A stretch of DNA of 56,742 nucleotides from the IMG/VR virus record IMGVR_UViG_3300042521_001523, positions 1-56,742 of that record; one strand, 5' to 3'. The position numbers were made by a program, and so were the translations under genes. The DNA comes from a virus. Its lineage: Duplodnaviria > Caudoviricetes. The notes below the pieces were generated by a model that was not told where the DNA came from, ran no database searches, and worked only from the letters and a program-made list of their open reading frames with translations. Below, piece by piece: positions 47,114 to 55,488 of this stretch (position 1 is the first letter of the stretch; each line of letters opens with the position of its first letter).

Positions 47114-47755
47114 ATGGGTACCGTTCGTATTGGCGTTGACCTCAAGCAGCACATCATCCGCATGGCGACGCTCACCTACTTCAAGCGCATCGAGATTGCG
47201 GAGCGTAGCCTCAAGTTCCCGTTCGACGGGCCGACGCTCTACTCCATGCTGTTCGGTGAGTGGGAGAAGCAGATGGAGGCGCTACCCAATGGGTTCCTTC
47301 CTCTGCGCCCTGCCATCCAGATCCGCAATGTAGGCGGCGTCGTGCCTCCCCCGTTCACGTTCTCCTGCGGCGTGAAGCGGTTCCCGTTCAACCTGCCATC
47401 CGCTGGGCGGGACTTCGTGCTGAGCATGTCGTTCACTGAGTACGCCTCTGTCACCCTGCTACCGTCCGAGCGGTGGGAGCCGACCATCAAGGCAGTGCAC
47501 GACTGGAAGCAGCAGCACGACAACATCATCGCTGAGCGCGATGCGTTCATCATGGGGGTGAACAGGGTGCTCGATGCCCACGCTACGCTGGGTGCTGCGG
47601 TCAAGACATGGCCCGCACTGTGGGAGCTGGTTCCTGAGAACGTGAAGGAGCGCCAGCGCAGCACCACCAAGCCTGAGAAAAAGAAGGAGGCTGCACCCTT
47701 GGATATCGATGTTGACCGCATGACGGCGGTTGTTGCGATGAGCAAGATCCTGTGA
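47114..47755 (+). CDS. Hypothetical protein, Nmad5-like C-terminus
   Basis: VLDAHATLGAAVKTWPAL resembles Nmad5 motif; GGGAG SD. Confidence 0.55.
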   Translation: MGTVRIGVDLKQHIIRMATLTYFKRIEIAERSLKFPFDGPTLYSMLFGEWEKQMEALPNGFLPLRPAIQIRNVGGVVPPPFTFSCGVKRFPFNLPSAGRDFVLSMSFTEYASVTLLPSERWEPTIKAVHDWKQQHDNIIAERDAFIMGVNRVLDAHATLGAAVKTWPALWELVPENVKERQRSTTKPEKKKEAAPLDIDVDRMTAVVAMSKIL

Positions 47756-47997
47756 CCCGCTATCAGCCTCAGAAGTGCGCTGTCGATTTCGCACACCCGT
47801 TCGTTGATCTCATCTGGTTCGAGATCAACAAGAGCAAGCTGTCGCAGGCTGATGTCGCCAAGGCTGCGGGTGTCGATGCCCGTAGCCTGCGCCGTTGGCG
47901 TGATGGTGTGGCTGTGCCTTCACTCGATGCCCTGGAGCGTGTGCTCTCAGTGCTGGGCTTCGAGCTGATCGTGCGGCCTCAGACGTTCGACAAGTAA
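47752..47997 (+). CDS. XRE HTH regulator
   Basis: LSQADVAKAAGVDARSLRRWRDG..PSL. Confidence 0.82.
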   Translation: MTRYQPQKCAVDFAHPFVDLIWFEINKSKLSQADVAKAAGVDARSLRRWRDGVAVPSLDALERVLSVLGFELIVRPQTFDK

Positions 47998-48014
47998 CCA
48001 ACCGGAGAGTGAAC

Positions 48015-48503
48015 ATGACGAAGATCCTTGCGACCCTGAAGCACGACCTGACCGCCAAGGCTGGACAGGTGCTGATCCTGCACGACAACGGCAAAATCTA
48101 CGCTGTTGATGGAGACATCGTGGAGCTTGTGGTGCGCAGTGTGCCTGCTACCCCCGCTCCTGAACCCGTCTGGACTGCCAAGGTGGTGACCCCTGAGCCT
48201 GCTCCTGCCCCGGCACCTGAGGTGGATATCCAGTCGGCACGTGAACGGCGGAACCGGCTGGCCGAGGCGAACGCGCTGCTGTTGCAGGGCATGACGATCC
48301 GCATGGTGTCGCACAAGACCGGCATCCCGCGTGGCACGCTGGGCAACTACCGCACCAACCTCGTGCGGGCCGGACTGCTGGAGGGCAGCGCCAAGCCGCG
48401 CAAGAGCCACTTCTTCAAGAACGACAAGACCCTGGAGGCGGCGCGTGAACGTGGCCGCAAGCTGGCCGAGGCCAAGAAGGCGAAGCGGGATGCGTCCGCG
48501 TGA
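48015..48503 (+). CDS. HTH-containing hypothetical protein
   Basis: GMTIRMVSHKTGIPRGTL; GGAG SD. Confidence 0.65.
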   Translation: MTKILATLKHDLTAKAGQVLILHDNGKIYAVDGDIVELVVRSVPATPAPEPVWTAKVVTPEPAPAPAPEVDIQSARERRNRLAEANALLLQGMTIRMVSHKTGIPRGTLGNYRTNLVRAGLLEGSAKPRKSHFFKNDKTLEAARERGRKLAEAKKAKRDASA

Positions 48504-48706
48504 GTGACCACTGCTGGTGCGATCCTCATGGGGATAACGCCACTTGCGACCGGCCTTGTTGCCGGTCGCAAGACCAGCGCCGTGCAGAGGCAGAGGCTAT
48601 CGTCGAAGCAGCGCGCCAAGCGCGCCTGAAGTGGGAGAAAGAACGTGACAACAACTGTGAGCAAGCTACCGCCCGTGGTGCCGCACAAGATCGGCAACAT
48701 CCCTGA
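48500..48706 (+). CDS. Small Cys-rich hypothetical protein
   Basis: GTGA overlap with upstream stop; overlaps next ORF. Confidence 0.4.
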   Translation: MSDHCWCDPHGDNATCDRPCCRSQDQRRAEAEAIVEAARQARLKWEKERDNNCEQATARGAAQDRQHP

Positions 48707-48878
48707 GACGCTGCGCGTCCTGCTGGGTGCGATGGATATCCGGCGGCAGTTCATCAAGCAGGCGTACTCGGACAGCGAGGAGTACTGGCAGTGTCAGCGA
48801 GACCTTGCCAATCTGGAGCGGCGCTGGGCTGAGGCCGAGGCGCTGTGGGCGAAGCATGTGGCGAAGGAGGGCAAGTGA
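48645..48878 (+). CDS. Hypothetical protein
   Basis: 77 aa; TGATG coupling to next gene. Confidence 0.6.
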   Translation: MTTTVSKLPPVVPHKIGNIPETLRVLLGAMDIRRQFIKQAYSDSEEYWQCQRDLANLERRWAEAEALWAKHVAKEGK

Positions 48879-49741
48879 TGAAGCTCATGCTGCCCGACCT
48901 CCTGGAGCATATCAGGAGCAGGAAGATGCCGCTCGTCTCCATGGACGGGAAGATCACACCGACCAAGCCGGGAGATAAGCGGAGAGAGCAGCTGCTGCGC
49001 CCGCTGTTGCCGCTCATTCACCAAGCCGAGAAGTTTATCTTCGACAGCGGGACTGACCAGGATGAGGAGACCACAACGGCGGTGAAGTCCACGGTGCAGG
49101 CCATGTTTGACTTCGGCCTCTACCATCTGCCCGCACCGGTCATATGGATCGAAGATCCGTTCAGCGACGACCAGCGAGGCCCAGCGGATCGTAACTACTA
49201 CCTATGTACAGAGCGTGATGGCATAATAAATGTTTACTTCCTTCAAAGTATTGACCCCACCAAGTTTGGTAAGCCGCGCTTCTACACCGTCTTTGCTGCT
49301 GAGTTAGTTCTTGACCTTGCGCGACCTACCTACTTCGCTGTCGCTGGTGACAGTGATTATTGCGCCCCCTCTGTGGAGAAGATCCTCGGCGAGGTTATCT
49401 ACTCCGTAAACAAGTTCATCGTCACGATGGCCGCACCGCAGACCATCCGTGAGCGTGTCGGTATGCCTAAAGATCGCGCCAGTAGGATCGGTCGGCGCAG
49501 TTACGAGCACACCATCATCCGTGTGCCGAGCTACACGCCCGAGCCCGGTTCAGGCTCAGCGAACGGGCCGCAGGGTAAGCGCCGTATGGGCCTCGTCGCG
49601 GGTTATGTGTGGGGCAAGAACACACGCCCGGTCAGTGAGCAACGCTGGATCGCCCCCCACTGGCGAGGTGACGCAACACTTGGTTTAGTTCCCGCCAAGG
49701 TGCGAGTTGTTGAAACCCGGGAGCTGAAGGAGAGCAAGTGA
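48878..49741 (+). CDS. Hypothetical protein
   Basis: 287 aa from ATG after GGAGG; basic C-terminus WIAPHWRG. Confidence 0.7.
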   Translation: MKLMLPDLLEHIRSRKMPLVSMDGKITPTKPGDKRREQLLRPLLPLIHQAEKFIFDSGTDQDEETTTAVKSTVQAMFDFGLYHLPAPVIWIEDPFSDDQRGPADRNYYLCTERDGIINVYFLQSIDPTKFGKPRFYTVFAAELVLDLARPTYFAVAGDSDYCAPSVEKILGEVIYSVNKFIVTMAAPQTIRERVGMPKDRASRIGRRSYEHTIIRVPSYTPEPGSGSANGPQGKRRMGLVAGYVWGKNTRPVSEQRWIAPHWRGDATLGLVPAKVRVVETRELKESK

Positions 49742-49908
49742 TGTCTGACGAAACCAAGGTGTGGCTGGCGATCTGCGGTGTGGTAGGCGTGATCGTGCTG
49801 GTCGGTGGGCTGCTGATCCTCAGCTACAACACCCATCAGGCTGAGCTGCGCAAAGCAGCCTGCGTGAACCCCGACACTGTGGCCTGTGCCCTGGCGGTAC
49901 GGCGATGA
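49741..49908 (+). CDS. Small single-TM protein (not in ORF track)
   Basis: MSDETKVWLAICGVVGVIVLVGGLLILSY..., TGATG coupled. Confidence 0.65.
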   Translation: MSDETKVWLAICGVVGVIVLVGGLLILSYNTHQAELRKAACVNPDTVACALAVRR

Positions 49909-50081
49909 GTGAAGAGGCCATCGCCCAGGCTCGGCGGTTGCATCACCATGTGATGAACGGCGGAAACGTCACAGCCCTCGACCTATCCAGGCTAGTACAG
50001 GCGATGGAGCGGATGCAGGCTGAGCAGTTGAAGTGCGCAGCCTGTAACCTTCTTACCGGTCTCGAATACAGGGGAGGATAG
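49905..50081 (+). CDS. Small hypothetical protein (not in ORF track)
   Basis: 58 aa MSEEAIAQARRLHHH..., ATGA coupled. Confidence 0.55.
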   Translation: MSEEAIAQARRLHHHVMNGGNVTALDLSRLVQAMERMQAEQLKCAACNLLTGLEYRGG

Positions 50082-50084
50082 CGC

Positions 50085-50444
50085 GTGACACCGGAGGAGT
50101 GGGCGGAAGCCATCTACGATGCGACCGGCTGGACCATCGGCGAGAGTATGGCGAAGGCCATCGGCACCCTCGTGGAGACCCAGGCCAAGGGTGAGATCGT
50201 CCTACTGCGTGCGGAAGTAGAGTGGCTGCGCGATGAGAGGGAGCGGCTGGCTAAGGAGATGGCCAAGGCGCAGCTCGCTGTGCTGCCGTGGATGGATCAG
50301 GTGGGGTTCCTCAACGCTGAGTACGCCTACCTGACAGATGCGCTGAAGAAGATCAGCGCAGCATCCACTGACGAGACTGGTGTGTACGCCCGGCGCATTG
50401 CGCGTGAGGCGCTTGAGGGGAGCAAGCAACGCTGTGAGCAGTGA
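50085..50444 (+). CDS. Coiled-coil hypothetical protein
   Basis: GGAGG SD; ends ARRIAREAL. Confidence 0.7.
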   Translation: MTPEEWAEAIYDATGWTIGESMAKAIGTLVETQAKGEIVLLRAEVEWLRDERERLAKEMAKAQLAVLPWMDQVGFLNAEYAYLTDALKKISAASTDETGVYARRIAREALEGSKQRCEQ

Positions 50445-50700
50445 TCAGAGCAACGCCGCTGCGGAGCGCAGCGCGCATGTCACCAGGGGTGATACACGCT
50501 CCATCCCTGGTGAGAGCTTCCTCGTGGAGGTGAAGCCCGGTGTGTTCCAGATCAAGGCACTCGCCGAGGCCAACCAGATCGTCGCCGAGTTGCAGGATGC
50601 GCTGCGTGCGGCCATCCTCGTGCTGGAGGTGAACGGCATGTCGGCGGGTGACTTCCGTGATGTGCTGAAGCGGAGCCGTCGTGCCCAGACCCAAGCATGA
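50434..50700 (+). CDS. Hypothetical protein (start uncertain)
   Basis: Fills gap in operon. Confidence 0.55.
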   Translation: MSSDQSNAAAERSAHVTRGDTRSIPGESFLVEVKPGVFQIKALAEANQIVAELQDALRAAILVLEVNGMSAGDFRDVLKRSRRAQTQA

Positions 50701-51007
50701 CGAGGAAGCCCTGAGGCTGGCGAAGGCGGTCGGCACGGTTCTCCGTGTCGCCCGCAAGCAGAAGGGCATGAAGGCAGAGAACCTAGCCTACGACATCGGC
50801 GTGGCAGCGCAGACGCTATCCAACTGGGAGACCGGTAAGTTTCTGCCCTACACGCCGCACCTCATGGCTGCGTGCAACATCCTGGGGCTACGCATGTCGA
50901 AGGTGTACGCCGCAGCGGAGAAGATGCTGTGGATGCAGGATGTGATGAAGGCGTCAGCCAAGCAAGCGAAGGAGCGAGCGAAGAGTGAGCGAGGGGAGGA
51001 AGGATGA
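50681..51007 (+). CDS. XRE HTH regulator
   Basis: LRVARKQKGMKAENLAYDIGVAAQTLSNWETGK. Confidence 0.82.
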   Translation: MPRPKHDEEALRLAKAVGTVLRVARKQKGMKAENLAYDIGVAAQTLSNWETGKFLPYTPHLMAACNILGLRMSKVYAAAEKMLWMQDVMKASAKQAKERAKSERGEEG

Positions 51008-51311
51008 TGCGGGCAAGCTGCCATACCAGCTGCTGCCATCCGACGCAGTGGAGGAGATCCTCCGCGTGCTGGACTTCGGTGCGCAGAAGTACGAGCCGCG
51101 CAACTGGGAGAAGGGCATGGCGTGGAGCCGTCCGTTCTCTGCATTGATGCGCCATATGTGGGCGTGGTGGCGCGGCGAGCGCACGGACCCTGAGACTGGC
51201 ATCTCGCACCTAGCACATGCAGGATGCTGCATCCTGTTCCTGCTATCGTACGAGCTGCGCAAGGTCGGTGCCGATGACCGACCGGGAGGAGGCGATGAAA
51301 CTCGACCCTGA
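50985..51311 (+). CDS. dATP/dGTP diphosphohydrolase-domain protein (DUF5664-like)
   Basis: GRKDDAGK, FGAQKYEPRNWEKG, ALMRH, DPETGISHLAHA. Confidence 0.85.
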   Translation: MSEGRKDDAGKLPYQLLPSDAVEEILRVLDFGAQKYEPRNWEKGMAWSRPFSALMRHMWAWWRGERTDPETGISHLAHAGCCILFLLSYELRKVGADDRPGGGDETRP

Positions 51312-51498
51312 GGTCAGAAAGGCTCTGGACGATCTCGGTGTTGGCTATACCATCGAGAAGAGCCGGGACCACTACTTCGCCAGGGTAGCTGGGTACCCGC
51401 GCATCATCGTCGCGGGTAACCACGGCAAAAACAAACACGGTGAACGCAAGGGCACGCTGCGAGATATCCGGCGGCTCAAAGAGCGACTGGAGAGGTGA
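51295..51498 (+). CDS. HicA-like small basic protein
   Basis: 67 aa; G.TIEKSRDH, GTLRDIRR. Confidence 0.45.
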   Translation: MKLDPEVRKALDDLGVGYTIEKSRDHYFARVAGYPRIIVAGNHGKNKHGERKGTLRDIRRLKERLER

Positions 51499-51503
51499 AC
51501 CAA

Positions 51504-51770
51504 ATGCCAAAGACCACGTTCAACGCAACCAACACTGTCTACACTGTCACCACTCCGAGAACAGCAACCGGCACCTTCAGTACTGCTGAGTGGAATCAAC
51601 TCGCCGATATGCGAGACATCGCCAGGACGAATGTAAGAGATGTGCTCGACCGCGAGTTCCCGCCCGAGCTGCGGGAGTTCCTGATCTGGCTGGTCAACAA
51701 CGACGCGCACATCAACGCCAAGTTCATGGCGTTCAGGGCGTGCAAGCGGATCGGCGTGGAGATCAAGTGA
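51504..51770 (+). CDS. Hypothetical protein
   Basis: SD GAGGTGA at 51492. Confidence 0.65.
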   Translation: MPKTTFNATNTVYTVTTPRTATGTFSTAEWNQLADMRDIARTNVRDVLDREFPPELREFLIWLVNNDAHINAKFMAFRACKRIGVEIK

Positions 51771-53653
51771 TGGATATCGTCACCATCGATCTGGAGACCT
51801 ACTACGACCGCGAGTATTCGCTGTCGAAGATGACGACCGAAGCCTACGTGCGCGATCCGCGCTTCGAGGTGGTCGGTGTTGCCATCAAGGTGAACGGGTT
51901 CCCGACTGACTGGTACAGCGGCTCCGACCCGGGCAAGTTCCTGCGCCAACTCAACTACCGAGATAAGGCGATCCTCTGCCACAACACCGCCTTCGACGGT
52001 GCGATCCTGTCGTGGCACTACGGCATCCGCCCGAAGCTCTGGCTCGACACTCTGTCGATGGCGCGGCCACTGCATGGCAGCACGATTGGTGTGTCGCTCA
52101 AGGCGCTCGCCACGCACTACGGCCTTGGTGAGAAGGGCGACGAGGTGCTGCGCACGCTCGGGATGCGAAGGGCTGACTTCACGCCCGACGCGATGGCACG
52201 CTACGCTGAGTACTGCGTGAAGGATGTGGACCTCACCTACGCGCTGTTCCGCAAGCTGGCCAAAGGGTTTCCCTCGCAGGAGATCCATCTCATCGACACC
52301 ATCCTGCGCATGTACACAGAGCCTTCGCTGGTTCTGGATACCGATCTGCTGAACAAGCACCTCGACGAAGTGGTGACGCGCAAGCAGGCGCTGTTGGATT
52401 CCTTCGGTCAGGCTGGTGACGACGACACAAAGTCCCTGCTGATGTCGAACGAGAAGTTCGCAGCATACCTACGCGATTGTGGTGTGACGCCGCCGACCAA
52501 GATCAGCAAGACCACGGGCAAGCCCACTTACGCCTTCAGCAAAACCGACAACGTGTTCACCTCAATGGTGGAGCATCCTGATGAGCGTGTCTCCACAGCG
52601 GTCGCTGCTCGCCTTGGTGTGAAGTCCACCATAGAGGAGAGCCGCACGCGCTCTCTGCTCAGTGTCGCGTCGCGTGGGCCGCTGCCCATCATGCTCAACT
52701 ACTACGGTGCGCACACTGGTCGCCTGAGCGGTGGCGACAAGATGAACCTCCAGAACCTGCCGCGTGGCGGTGCGCTGCGACGTTCCTTGTGTGCGCCCGA
52801 TGGCAAGCTGTTGGTGGCGTGCGACTCGTCGCAGATCGAAGCGCGTGTGGTGGCGTGGCTGGCAGGGCAGAGCGATCTGCTTGAAGCCTTCGCACAGGGG
52901 CGTGATGTCTACAGCGAATTTGCCAGTGCGGTGTACCAGCGCAAGGTCAGCAAGAGCGACAAGCTCGAACGCTTCGTTGGTAAGACCTGCATTCTTGGCC
53001 TGGGCTACGGCATGGGTGCGGCGAAGTTCCGCGACACGCTGGCGCTCGGCATGGGCGGCATCAAGGTGGAGATCGAGGAGGTCGAAGCCTTGCGCATCGT
53101 GAAGCTCTACCGTGAGAAGAACTCTCGCATCGCCATGCTGTGGACCCGCTGCTCCAGTGCGCTCAACAGCATCGCAGGCGGCATGGAGTTCGACATCGCG
53201 CCGAAGGTGCTGGCGTCGCTGGTCACCACGAAGGAAGGCATCCGCCTGCCTAACAACCTCGCTATCCGCTACCCGGCGCTGCAAGAGACCGACCAGAACG
53301 GGTACGTGTATGCCAGCGACCAGCGTCAGTTCCGCGAGGCGCTGAGGGCGCGCGTGGTGGGCGAGCCTGTAGAGGCCGACAAGATGACCCGCATCTACGG
53401 CGGCAAGGTTGTTGAGAACATCGTGCAGGCCGTGGCGCGCATCGTCGTCACCGACCAGCTGGTGGAGATCAGCAAGCGGTACAAGGTCGTGCTTCAGGTG
53501 CACGACGAAGTGGTCATCGTGTGCGACGAGGATGAGGCCGAGGAGGCCAAGGCGTTCGTGATGGGCGTGATGTCCACACCGCCTGAGTGGGCCAAGGGCC
53601 TGCCCGTCGCGTGCGAAGCTGACGTTGGTAAGACCTACGGAGATGCGAAGTGA
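51770..53653 (+). CDS. polA: Family A DNA polymerase with 3'-5' exonuclease
   Basis: Exo DLET, HNTAFD, YCVKD; motif A DSSQIEAR; motif B RFVGKTCILGLGYG; motif C VHDE. Confidence 0.93.
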   Translation: MDIVTIDLETYYDREYSLSKMTTEAYVRDPRFEVVGVAIKVNGFPTDWYSGSDPGKFLRQLNYRDKAILCHNTAFDGAILSWHYGIRPKLWLDTLSMARPLHGSTIGVSLKALATHYGLGEKGDEVLRTLGMRRADFTPDAMARYAEYCVKDVDLTYALFRKLAKGFPSQEIHLIDTILRMYTEPSLVLDTDLLNKHLDEVVTRKQALLDSFGQAGDDDTKSLLMSNEKFAAYLRDCGVTPPTKISKTTGKPTYAFSKTDNVFTSMVEHPDERVSTAVAARLGVKSTIEESRTRSLLSVASRGPLPIMLNYYGAHTGRLSGGDKMNLQNLPRGGALRRSLCAPDGKLLVACDSSQIEARVVAWLAGQSDLLEAFAQGRDVYSEFASAVYQRKVSKSDKLERFVGKTCILGLGYGMGAAKFRDTLALGMGGIKVEIEEVEALRIVKLYREKNSRIAMLWTRCSSALNSIAGGMEFDIAPKVLASLVTTKEGIRLPNNLAIRYPALQETDQNGYVYASDQRQFREALRARVVGEPVEADKMTRIYGGKVVENIVQAVARIVVTDQLVEISKRYKVVLQVHDEVVIVCDEDEAEEAKAFVMGVMSTPPEWAKGLPVACEADVGKTYGDAK

Positions 53654-54051
53654 TCACCCGTACGATCTGGTGCTGCGCATGTCTCAAGGATGTGGAAGCC
53701 CGCCTCACCGATGGCCGGGAGATATACCCACACCGCCCTGACCTAGCCGACCACCCACGCTGGAAGTGCGATACCTGCGGTAACCATGTGGGGTGCCACA
53801 ACCAAGCGAAGATACGCAACCCTCGCCCCTTGGGTAATATACCCACCCCGGAGCTAAGTAACGCTAGGCGACACATCCACGCGATCTTAGATCCCCTGTG
53901 GCAGTCGAAGCGGATGACGCGGAGTGAAGTCTATACCGCCATCTCAAATAGACTTGGGTATCGCTACCATACAGCCGAGATCAAAACTTTATATGAAGCT
54001 CGCTGCATATATTTCATCGTAAAGGAGCTGAGCCGTGAGCAGCTGGCATAA
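53650..54051 (+). CDS. Zn-finger protein (DUF3268-like)
   Basis: CCAC, CDTC..VGCH, PLG, H..LDPLWQ; lower GC. Confidence 0.7.
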   Translation: MITRTIWCCACLKDVEARLTDGREIYPHRPDLADHPRWKCDTCGNHVGCHNQAKIRNPRPLGNIPTPELSNARRHIHAILDPLWQSKRMTRSEVYTAISNRLGYRYHTAEIKTLYEARCIYFIVKELSREQLA

Positions 54052-54481
54052 CTACTTCATGGACCTCGCGCACAAGACGGCCTCCCGGTCCAAGGACCCC
54101 ACCACCAAGGTGGGTTGCATCGTCACCTCCAAGGACAAGGTGGTCGTGGCGTCGGGCTACAACGGCATCCCCCAGGGGGTGGCTGATCTGCCTGAGCGCA
54201 TGGAGCGTCCGGCTAAGTACCTCTGGACTGCCCACGCTGAGGAGAACGCGGTGGCCCTGGCGGCCCGCGTTGGGGCATCGCTGCGCGATGGCTCGGCCTA
54301 CGTCACCCACCACCCGTGCAGCCGCTGCGCGCGGAGCCTGATCCAGGCCGGGATCAAGGTGGTCTACATCGGCGATGGCACCACGAGTATGCCCGCAGAG
54401 GAGTTCGACGTAGCCCGGATGATGTTTACAGAGGCGGGTGTGGAGCTGCTACACTTGCCTCCCGAACCAGACGAAGGCTGA
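54035..54481 (+). CDS. dCMP deaminase
   Basis: SKDP.TKVG, GYNG, HAEENA, PCSRC. Confidence 0.92.
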   Translation: MSSWHNYFMDLAHKTASRSKDPTTKVGCIVTSKDKVVVASGYNGIPQGVADLPERMERPAKYLWTAHAEENAVALAARVGASLRDGSAYVTHHPCSRCARSLIQAGIKVVYIGDGTTSMPAEEFDVARMMFTEAGVELLHLPPEPDEG

Positions 54482-54483
54482 CC

Positions 54484-55149
54484 ATGGCTACGACGCTCTC
54501 TCACTCGTTCTCATCCATCAAGATGTATGAGAACTGCCCCTTCCGGTACTACCACCAGCGTATCGCCAGGACGGTAACCGACCAGGGGGGTGAGGCGAGC
54601 GCCCATGGCGAGCGCATCCACAAGTACATCGAGGACCGGCTGAAGGGGACGCACACCCCCGGCGAGATCGCCGACATCGCTAACCTTGAGCCGGTCATCG
54701 CCAGTGTGGAGAAGCTGGCAGCGGGTGGTACGCTCGCCACTGAGCAGCAGTTGACACTTACGCAGGAACTGAAGCCCACCTCTTGGTTCGCCAAGGATGC
54801 GTGGCTCCGGTCCATCCTCGATGTCATGGTGGTGCAGGGTTCCAAGGCCGTGGTGCTGGACTGGAAGACCGGCAAGCGGCGGCCTGACTTTACGCAGTTG
54901 GAGCTGTTCGCTTTACAGGTGTTCGCGCATCAGCCGGACGTGCAGGAGGTCAGCACCGGGTTCATCTGGACCAAGGATCTGGCCTTCGACCGGGAGACCT
55001 ACAAGCGCGCGGATGCACCCGCGCTATGGGCGAAGCTGCTGGAGCGCATCCACCGGATCGAGCAGTCCGTGGAGACCAACGTGTGGCCGATGAAGCCGAG
55101 CGGCCTGTGCCGCTTCTGCCCGTGCAACCACTTTTGTGATGCGGCCTGA
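54484..55149 (+). CDS. Cas4-like PD-(D/E)XK exonuclease
   Basis: SFSSI...CP, G..IH, DWKTGK, QL, C-terminal CRFCPC...C. Confidence 0.87.
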   Translation: MATTLSHSFSSIKMYENCPFRYYHQRIARTVTDQGGEASAHGERIHKYIEDRLKGTHTPGEIADIANLEPVIASVEKLAAGGTLATEQQLTLTQELKPTSWFAKDAWLRSILDVMVVQGSKAVVLDWKTGKRRPDFTQLELFALQVFAHQPDVQEVSTGFIWTKDLAFDRETYKRADAPALWAKLLERIHRIEQSVETNVWPMKPSGLCRFCPCNHFCDAA

Positions 55150-55155
55150 CTTGAC

Positions 55156-55488
55156 ATGAGCACGCCAGAAGGTAAAGTGAAGGCCAAGGTTGACAGGATG
55201 CTCAACCAGTTTGGGGTGTGGTTCTTCTCCCCCCAGGCTGGTCCTTATGGGCGGGCTGGCATCCCTGACAGGATCGCCTGTGTAGACGGGCGATTTGTCG
55301 GTATCGAGGTGAAGGCAGACGAAACCCGGAAGCCCACTAAGCTCCAGGTCCAGTGCATGGAAAAGATAGAGGCGTCAGGTGGAAAGTGCTTCGTCGTGTA
55401 TGACGAGGCCACACTTGACAAAGCAAGAATGTACATTGCGGAGGTACTAGGTGTTAGTAGTCGAACAGGCAAAGGCCCTAGCCCTTAA
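55156..55488 (+). CDS. VRR-NUC nuclease (resolvase-like)
   Basis: PEGKVK, GIPD, GIEVKA, LQ. Confidence 0.87.
   Translation: MSTPEGKVKAKVDRMLNQFGVWFFSPQAGPYGRAGIPDRIACVDGRFVGIEVKADETRKPTKLQVQCMEKIEASGGKCFVVYDEATLDKARMYIAEVLGVSSRTGKGPSP

Noticed and set aside
50625-50640. GGAGGTGAAC as another sRNA target
   Set aside because: Lies inside a CDS before an in-frame internal ATG; cannot be distinguished from chance and shows the motif has background occurrences
55151-55178. TTGACA-N16-TAAAGT internal promoter
   Set aside because: Overlaps the VRR-NUC start with suboptimal spacing; insufficient support
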